A DNA stretch of 32,000 bases from Nostoc sp. PCC 7120 = FACHB-418. Lineage in GTDB: Bacteria; Cyanobacteriota; Cyanobacteriia; Cyanobacteriales; Nostocaceae. Shown here one piece after another: positions 27,110-32,000 of this stretch. The DNA lies in assembly GCF_000009705.1 (NCBI RefSeq), contig NC_003272.1:6240001-6272000 (forward strand), given 5' to 3'. The translations under genes were made by a program, and so were the position numbers. The notes under the pieces are model-generated. The model saw nothing but the letters and a program-made list of their open reading frames with translations. It ran no database searches and was not told where the DNA came from. How positions within the stretch are numbered: position 1 is the first letter of the stretch; each line of letters opens with the position of its first letter.

Positions 27110-27788
27110 AATTCGTGCTATTTTTGACCGTATTGCCCCCGTCTACGACCAGTTGAATGATTGGCTAAGTCTAGGACAGCATCGCATCTGGAAAGAAATG
27201 GCGATTAAATGGACTGGGGCTAAACCAGGAGATACTTGCTTAGATTTATGTTGCGGGAGTGGAGATTTAGCCCTACGTCTAGCACGGCGTGTAGGCTCAA
27301 CAGGCCAAGTATCTGGTGTGGATTTCTCTGCTAACCTGCTAGAAACTGCTAAACAACGCGCCCAATCACAATACCCCCAACCTAATATCTCTTGGGTAGA
27401 AGCCAATGTCCTTGATTTACCGTTTAAGGATAATCAATTTGATGCGGCAACAATGGGCTACGGCTTAAGAAATGTTACAGATATTCCCCGTAGCCTGCAA
27501 GAACTACACCGCGTACTCAAACCCAATGCAAAAGCAGCCATCTTAGATTTTCATCGCCCCAACAATCAACAATTCCGTACCTTTCAGCAGTGGTACTTAG
27601 ATAGTATAGTTGTACCACTAGCCGATCGCCTGGGAGTCAAAGAAGAATATGCTTATATCAGCCCCAGCTTAGACCGCTTCCCCATTGGCAAAGAACAAGT
27701 AGAAATAGCCCTTAAAGTTGGTTTTACCTCAGCCACACACTACCCCATTGCGAACGGTATGATGGGAGTATTGATAATTAGTAAATAG
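27099..27788 (+). CDS. menG: demethylphylloquinone/menaquinone methyltransferase (UbiE/MenG family)
   Basis: Carries IFDRIAPVYDQLNDWLSLGQHRIWK, CLDLCCGSGDLA (motif I) and MGYGLRNVTDIPRSL, the UbiE/MenG signature blocks. Confidence 0.8.
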   Translation: MTNKIRAIFDRIAPVYDQLNDWLSLGQHRIWKEMAIKWTGAKPGDTCLDLCCGSGDLALRLARRVGSTGQVSGVDFSANLLETAKQRAQSQYPQPNISWVEANVLDLPFKDNQFDAATMGYGLRNVTDIPRSLQELHRVLKPNAKAAILDFHRPNNQQFRTFQQWYLDSIVVPLADRLGVKEEYAYISPSLDRFPIGKEQVEIALKVGFTSATHYPIANGMMGVLIISK

Positions 27789-27960
27789 GTAATTGGTAAT
27801 TGGTAATTGGTGAGTCCAGTCCTGTAGAAGGGTTTCCCTTCGTAGGGAACTGGCGAACCTGAAGGGTGATTGGTAATTGGTGATTGGTAATTGGTAATTA
27901 ATGGTTAGACAAACTATTACCCAGTAACCAAGTACCCAGTACCCAATACCCAATACCCAT
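27788..27960. repeat. composite repeat: GGTAATT/GTGATTG heptamer arrays split by a 55-nt hairpin core, followed by a TACCCAG/TACCCAA heptamer array
   Basis: GGTAATT x3 lies at 27788-27808. The unique core GAGTCCAGTCCTGTAGAAGGGTTTCCCTTCGTAGGGAACTGGCGAACC contains a GAAGGG-TTT-CCCTTC stem and outer CCAGT/ACTGG pairing. Heptamers resume at 27866-27907, and a second array lies at 27916-27960. Confidence 0.75.
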
Positions 27961-27979
27961 TCCTAATCCAAAAAAAACA

Positions 27980-29215
27980 GTGAATTGGTCACATCTTTGG
28001 CTGTATGTATCTCCCCCAATATTGGGTGGAATTATTGGCTATTTCACGAATGATATAGCTATCAAAATGCTATTTCGTCCCTACCGAGCAATTTATATTG
28101 GGGGACGAAGAGTGCCATTCACACCCGGATTGATTCCTCGCAACCAGGAACGTTTGGCAAAGAATATTTCCGATACAATCATGGGGTCACTACTGACACC
28201 CGATGAATTGCAAAAACTGGCACGGCGTTTATTGAAAACCGAGCGTGTACAAGGTGCTATTCTCTGGTTGTTGCAACTTGCCATAGATCAAATTAAAACC
28301 GATACAGATAAGAAAAGCGCCAAAATTGTAGCGGGTATTTTGCGGGATTTGATAGGGGAATCATTGCCTCGCTTACTCAAGGTGTTGGCAAGAAGAGAAG
28401 ATTTTTTAGAAGCACAAATTAATCAGATTTTTGATCAGATCCTCCTGGAATTACAACTCAGTGAAGAACAAGCCAGCAGACTAGCCGATTGGTTCTTAGA
28501 AGTTGTTTTGCCGCCAGATGTTATCCGGCAAGCGATTGTAGATTTCTTAACCGATCGCACAATTCAAATTATTGACGAAAGTTTCCGGGAAAAAACCAGT
28601 GGTACTTATTGGGTAGTAGCAAATCTGTTTGGTTTACGTAACACACTTACAAGGTTACGTACCTTTTGTCTAGATGAAAAAGAAGCGACTAACAATCGTT
28701 TAACAGAATTAATTCAAGATTTGCAGATGCGCGATCGCTTCAGAAAAATCTTGCAGAATTTAACATTGCAAAATTTACCCATTGGTACAGTCAGACAACT
28801 GCGAAAAACCACAAGAGAAACTGTTCGTCAATATGTTCAAACCAGTGGTAGCGACTTACTACAAGGATTAACAGATTCTATCAACTGGGAAAATATCGCC
28901 GAATTGCTGTTAAATCGTCTGAGTAATTCACCAGTGGTTATCAGTTCTTTAGAAGTCGTCAGCCAGGAATTAGCTCTAATTTTAGAACGATACCTAGAAA
29001 AAGATTTAGAGGCTATTGTTGCCCAGGTAATTCCTATTTTGTCTATAGATCAGGTAATTGTTGACCGCGTAAAATCAACTTCACCTGCTGATTTAGAGGC
29101 AGCAATTGAGGGAATTGTGAAAAACGAATTACAGGCAATTGTTAGTTTAGGTGGAATATTAGGCTTAATAGTCGGACTATTTCAAACAGCATTTTTCATT
29201 TTTAGCCAACAGTAA
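27980..29215 (+). CDS. DUF445-family membrane-associated protein
   Basis: GTG start. The N-terminus has [20 protein letters not shown], the characteristic DUF445 opening, and the C-terminus has a TM helix [19 protein letters not shown]. Confidence 0.65.
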   Translation: MNWSHLWLYVSPPILGGIIGYFTNDIAIKMLFRPYRAIYIGGRRVPFTPGLIPRNQERLAKNISDTIMGSLLTPDELQKLARRLLKTERVQGAILWLLQLAIDQIKTDTDKKSAKIVAGILRDLIGESLPRLLKVLARREDFLEAQINQIFDQILLELQLSEEQASRLADWFLEVVLPPDVIRQAIVDFLTDRTIQIIDESFREKTSGTYWVVANLFGLRNTLTRLRTFCLDEKEATNNRLTELIQDLQMRDRFRKILQNLTLQNLPIGTVRQLRKTTRETVRQYVQTSGSDLLQGLTDSINWENIAELLLNRLSNSPVVISSLEVVSQELALILERYLEKDLEAIVAQVIPILSIDQVIVDRVKSTSPADLEAAIEGIVKNELQAIVSLGGILGLIVGLFQTAFFIFSQQ

Positions 29216-29312
29216 AAATTCCTGTTTCCTTTCCCAGATACCTGGATTACAAACTACTGTAAACTGCTGATGTATCTCAAATATTGCAGTTATAAGGTGA
29301 AAATTCAGGTTT

Positions 29313-30209
29313 ATGCAGGCAAATGTGTTTACTAATGTGATTTTGCCTTTAGCCCTAGCGATTATCATGCTGGGAATGGGGCTATCTTTGCAAATAGAAG
29401 ACTTTAAACGTATCACTAAATATCCTAAAGCAGTCTCGATTGGTTCGGCAACTCAGCTAATTCTTTTACCAATCATGGGCTTTTTAGTTGCTAAAGTTGT
29501 GCCGATGCAGCCAGAAATTGCTGTGGGATTGGTCATCTTGTCTTTGTGTCCAGGCGGCCCTTCATCGAATATGATTACCTACCTCGCTCAAGGTGATGTG
29601 GCATTGTCGGTGACCCTGACTGTTGTCAGCAGTATGGTTACAATATTTACCATTCCTATATTTGCCAATTTAGCACTCCAGCATTTTTTGGGACAAACGG
29701 CAGCGATCGCCTTACCCATTGGTTCCACAATGCTACAAATATTTTTAATTACAATTGTGCCGATTGGGTTGGGAATGTATATCAAGCGCATCTTTCCCGC
29801 AACAGCTTTGCGCTTAGAAAAAGCAACTAATCGCTTGGCGATCGCCTTTTTGGCTTTAATTATTTTGATCCTTGTAATTCGTGAATGGAACCGTATCCCT
29901 GGCTTTATTGTGCAAGTGGGTGTGGGAGTAGTAATTTTGAATATCCTCGCCATGTTGTCGGGATGGTGTATGAGTAAATTCTTCAAACTCAACATCCCTC
30001 AGCAAATTTGTGTCGCTATTGAAGTGGGAATTCAAAACGGTACACTAGCGATCGCCATCACGGCTGGACTGCTACAAAACGAAGATATGGCGATTCCTGC
30101 GGCTATTTATAGCTTATTTATGAATCTCACGGCTTTTGCCGCCATTTACTATGGTAGAAAGTTATCCGCAACTAATTCTGTGAGTAATCATTTAGTTGGT
30201 AAAGTCTAA
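29313..30209 (+). CDS. bile acid:sodium symporter (BASS/SBF) family transporter
   Basis: About 9-10 TM helices. LCPGGPSSNMITYLAQGDVALSVTLT and EVGIQNGTLAI match the paired SBF signature regions. Confidence 0.75.
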   Translation: MQANVFTNVILPLALAIIMLGMGLSLQIEDFKRITKYPKAVSIGSATQLILLPIMGFLVAKVVPMQPEIAVGLVILSLCPGGPSSNMITYLAQGDVALSVTLTVVSSMVTIFTIPIFANLALQHFLGQTAAIALPIGSTMLQIFLITIVPIGLGMYIKRIFPATALRLEKATNRLAIAFLALIILILVIREWNRIPGFIVQVGVGVVILNILAMLSGWCMSKFFKLNIPQQICVAIEVGIQNGTLAIAITAGLLQNEDMAIPAAIYSLFMNLTAFAAIYYGRKLSATNSVSNHLVGKV

Positions 30210-30256
30210 AAGGGGTTAAGGATTGGTAGGAGAGAGAGAAAAGAAAACTATTAGCA

Positions 30257-30298
30257 ACTGACCACTGACCACTAACCACTGACCACTGACCACTAAAC
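30257..30298. repeat. STRR2-like heptamer array (ACTGACC x6) between convergent genes, abutting the pgeF stop codon
   Basis: The units are ACTGACC ACTGACC ACTAACC ACTGACC ACTGACC ACTAAAC. The last nucleotide overlaps the TAG stop codon (plus-strand CTA at 30298-30300). Confidence 0.8.
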
Positions 30299-31077
30299 TA
30301 ATGACTAACAATCCCTGACCACTGCACTTTTTTCTGTTTTTCACGACGATAAGAGAAGAAATGCTCTGGGGTTTGGTATGTACAATAAGGTGCGATCGCT
30401 ATTTGCTCTACGCTAATACCTAAGTTTTCTAGCTGCAAAGCATTGACTCGTCTGACATCAACCCTCACCCTTCCTGGTTCTGGGTCAGCTAGCAAGGGTG
30501 AATGGGGTAGCTCATGTAATGAGTTGATGATTGTGTGAGCGTCTTCATGTGATGTAATACTAGCCCCAATTTCGGCGGCGACATTGACAGAAACTTGGTA
30601 AACCTCACCGGCGATGGCTGGCCCCATTGCAATGCGTAAATCGGCTAACTGAGTGCCGTGTGTTTGCATCCGGGCGATCGCCTGGGGGACAATTTTCTGG
30701 GCTGTACCCCGCCAACCGGCATGGAGTGCGGCGACTTGCCCAGTTTCCACGTCTCCAATCAACACGGGTGTACAATCGGCACTGGCTACCCAGATCGCTT
30801 GTAAGGGTTGCTGACTCACCAAACCATCAGCAGAGGCTAAAGCCGAATCATCAGTATTGCCATCACTGTGATTGTCAACTTCTTGCGGCGTGAGAACAGT
30901 ATTGCCATGCACCTGCTTCAAGCGATATGCTAATGCTTCTGGGTGCAGCACCTTTGTTAATTCATGGGGCGATCGCGGCCAAAATTGCTGTGTAAAAAAG
31001 CCGTGTTGCCAATCTTTTAAGAGACTACAACTCAGGTAAGGTAGTCCTTCCCAATTGTGCCAGTGCCAAGTGTGCAT
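30298..31077 (-). CDS. pgeF: peptidoglycan editing factor PgeF (YfiH/DUF152, purine-nucleoside phosphorylase/laccase-domain family)
   Basis: Carries QVHGNTVL, ASADCTPVLIGD, ALHAGWRGT and CTYQTPEHFFSYRRE, the conserved His/Cys/His blocks of the YfiH family. Confidence 0.8.
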   Translation of the reverse strand: MHTWHWHNWEGLPYLSCSLLKDWQHGFFTQQFWPRSPHELTKVLHPEALAYRLKQVHGNTVLTPQEVDNHSDGNTDDSALASADGLVSQQPLQAIWVASADCTPVLIGDVETGQVAALHAGWRGTAQKIVPQAIARMQTHGTQLADLRIAMGPAIAGEVYQVSVNVAAEIGASITSHEDAHTIINSLHELPHSPLLADPEPGRVRVDVRRVNALQLENLGISVEQIAIAPYCTYQTPEHFFSYRREKQKKVQWSGIVSH

Positions 31078-31149
31078 CTTGAACCAAACCTAAACAGAAA
31101 ATCACTCATCAGCCAATTAATGCTAACTTGATCAACGGGATTTCGGTTA

Positions 31150-31974
31150 ATGGCTGGGGAATTTAATCAACAAAAATTAGAAACTGCGCTGCAAACAGAG
31201 CGGAAGTATGGCTATTTACCATTTTCGCTGCATATTTTTTCTACTGTCGCCTCAACTAACAAAACTCTTTGGGGATTAATCGACCAAGGTGCAGTTACAG
31301 GTTCCGTAGTTATTGCCACACAACAGACAACCGGACGGGGACAATGGGGCCGTCAGTGGGTTTCGCCAACTGGGGGATTATATGTTTCTGTCGCACTCAC
31401 TCCCAAGGTAGACGCAAATGCCAGTTATCAAATAACTTTAGCTACTGCTTGGGGGATTGCCTGTCAATTACGGGAATCTGGGGTGAATGTGGGGATTAAA
31501 TGGCCGAATGATTTAGTTTTGGAGGGACGTAAATTAGGGGGAATTTTAACAGAAACAAAAGTCAGCCAAGGTCAGATTTCCCAAGCGGTGGTTGGTGTGG
31601 GTATTAACTGGGCAAATGCAGTACCAGAGACGGGAATTAACTTAGAATCATGGCAGGCTGACCAAACACATAAACCTATATCTTGTCTGGAAACCCTCAC
31701 CAGTAAGGTTTTACTAGGAATAGAGTCCGGTATGGCGTGCCTTTTCCAAGAAGGAATTAGCATACTCTTGTCTCGCTATTCAGAATTATTGGTGAATATG
31801 GGCGATCGCGTACACGTCAATGATCTTTCCGGTATTGTAGTGGGAGTTACGCCGCAGGGAGATTTACGCGTGTCTTTAGAAACAGATTGCGTAACTGACA
31901 TCAAAGCACCAGAACTTTATTTAGAACCCGGTACAATTAGTTTGGGTTATCGTAGGTCTTTAGGTACATATTAG
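31150..31974 (+). CDS. birA: biotin-[acetyl-CoA-carboxylase] ligase, class I (no N-terminal HTH)
   Basis: Carries QTTGRGQWGRQWVSPTGGLYVSV (GRGRxGRxW-type loop), GIKWPNDLVLEGRKLGGILTE (KWPND) and GVGINW. Confidence 0.85.
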   Translation: MAGEFNQQKLETALQTERKYGYLPFSLHIFSTVASTNKTLWGLIDQGAVTGSVVIATQQTTGRGQWGRQWVSPTGGLYVSVALTPKVDANASYQITLATAWGIACQLRESGVNVGIKWPNDLVLEGRKLGGILTETKVSQGQISQAVVGVGINWANAVPETGINLESWQADQTHKPISCLETLTSKVLLGIESGMACLFQEGISILLSRYSELLVNMGDRVHVNDLSGIVVGVTPQGDLRVSLETDCVTDIKAPELYLEPGTISLGYRRSLGTY

Positions 31975-32000
31975 GTTTGTTTAAAAAATCGCTCTTTGGG

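Noticed and set aside
27729-27953. 74-aa minus-strand ORF (GYWVLGYWV..., NYQLPITNYQ...)
   Set aside because: It is a translation artefact of the heptamer arrays. The peptide periodicity simply mirrors the 7-nt repeats.
27054-30298. Heptamer arrays considered as possible CRISPR arrays
   Set aside because: The units are 7 nt and directly abutting, with no 25-40-nt repeats and no unique spacers. No cas genes are present. They fit cyanobacterial STRR-type repeats.
23893-30893. Assorted 60-135-aa antisense or alternate-frame ORFs inside tex, raf1, the response regulator, menG, DUF445, BASS, pgeF and birA (for example 26142-26411, 29588-29995, 30627-30893; also 31269-31499 and 31572-31763)
   Set aside because: Each lies wholly within a gene whose other reading carries strong family motifs. 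None has a motif of its own.
1-32000. Search for defence, toxin-antitoxin, phage or secondary-metabolite systems, tRNA/rRNA genes and riboswitches
   Set aside because: I saw no nuclease, ATPase, methylase-restriction, Cas, abortive-infection, integrase, capsid, NRPS/PKS or tRNA-like signatures in any frame. The only recombinase-type genes are IS transposases. An HMM or Infernal scan would be needed to exclude divergent members.

Overview
Cyanobacterial, Nostocales-type chromosome segment, judged from abundant HIP1 octamers (GCGATCGC), heptameric STRR-like arrays and gene content. The left half (1-16.3 kb, almost all + strand, visibly AT-rich) is a Wzx/Wzy-type surface-polysaccharide cluster. 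It holds a partial flippase, a GT8-like and a GT-B-like protein, five clear GT4/GT2 glycosyltransferases, a Wzy-like polymerase, several methyltransferases (FkbM and class I SAM) and a 2OG-Fe(II) oxygenase. This cluster is scarred by mobile DNA: an apparently intact IS630-family element (1729-2902, TA-flanked, A7G4 frameshift site); a 113-bp MITE-like derivative of it (584-696); a truncated DDE transposase abutting an IS5-type fragment on the other strand (5.8-6.5 kb); and an FkbM methyltransferase gene inactivated by a frameshift plus an in-frame TGA. The middle (17.2-20.9 kb, - strand) is a cyanoexosortase module: a PEP-CTERM secreted protein, the exosortase, its associated protein and an HpsJ-like membrane protein, with long non-coding tracts on both sides of the PEP-CTERM gene. 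The right part (22.1-32 kb) is housekeeping: tex, a ferredoxin-like gene with an in-frame TAA, raf1, a REC-GAF response regulator, menG, DUF445, a BASS transporter, pgeF and birA. Heptamer repeat arrays sit exactly on several gene boundaries there. I found no CRISPR array, tRNA/rRNA gene or recognisable defence or toxin-antitoxin system. The most system-like novelty candidate is the exosortase/PEP-CTERM module coupled to the glycan cluster. All family calls come from motif recognition by eye; no searches were run.
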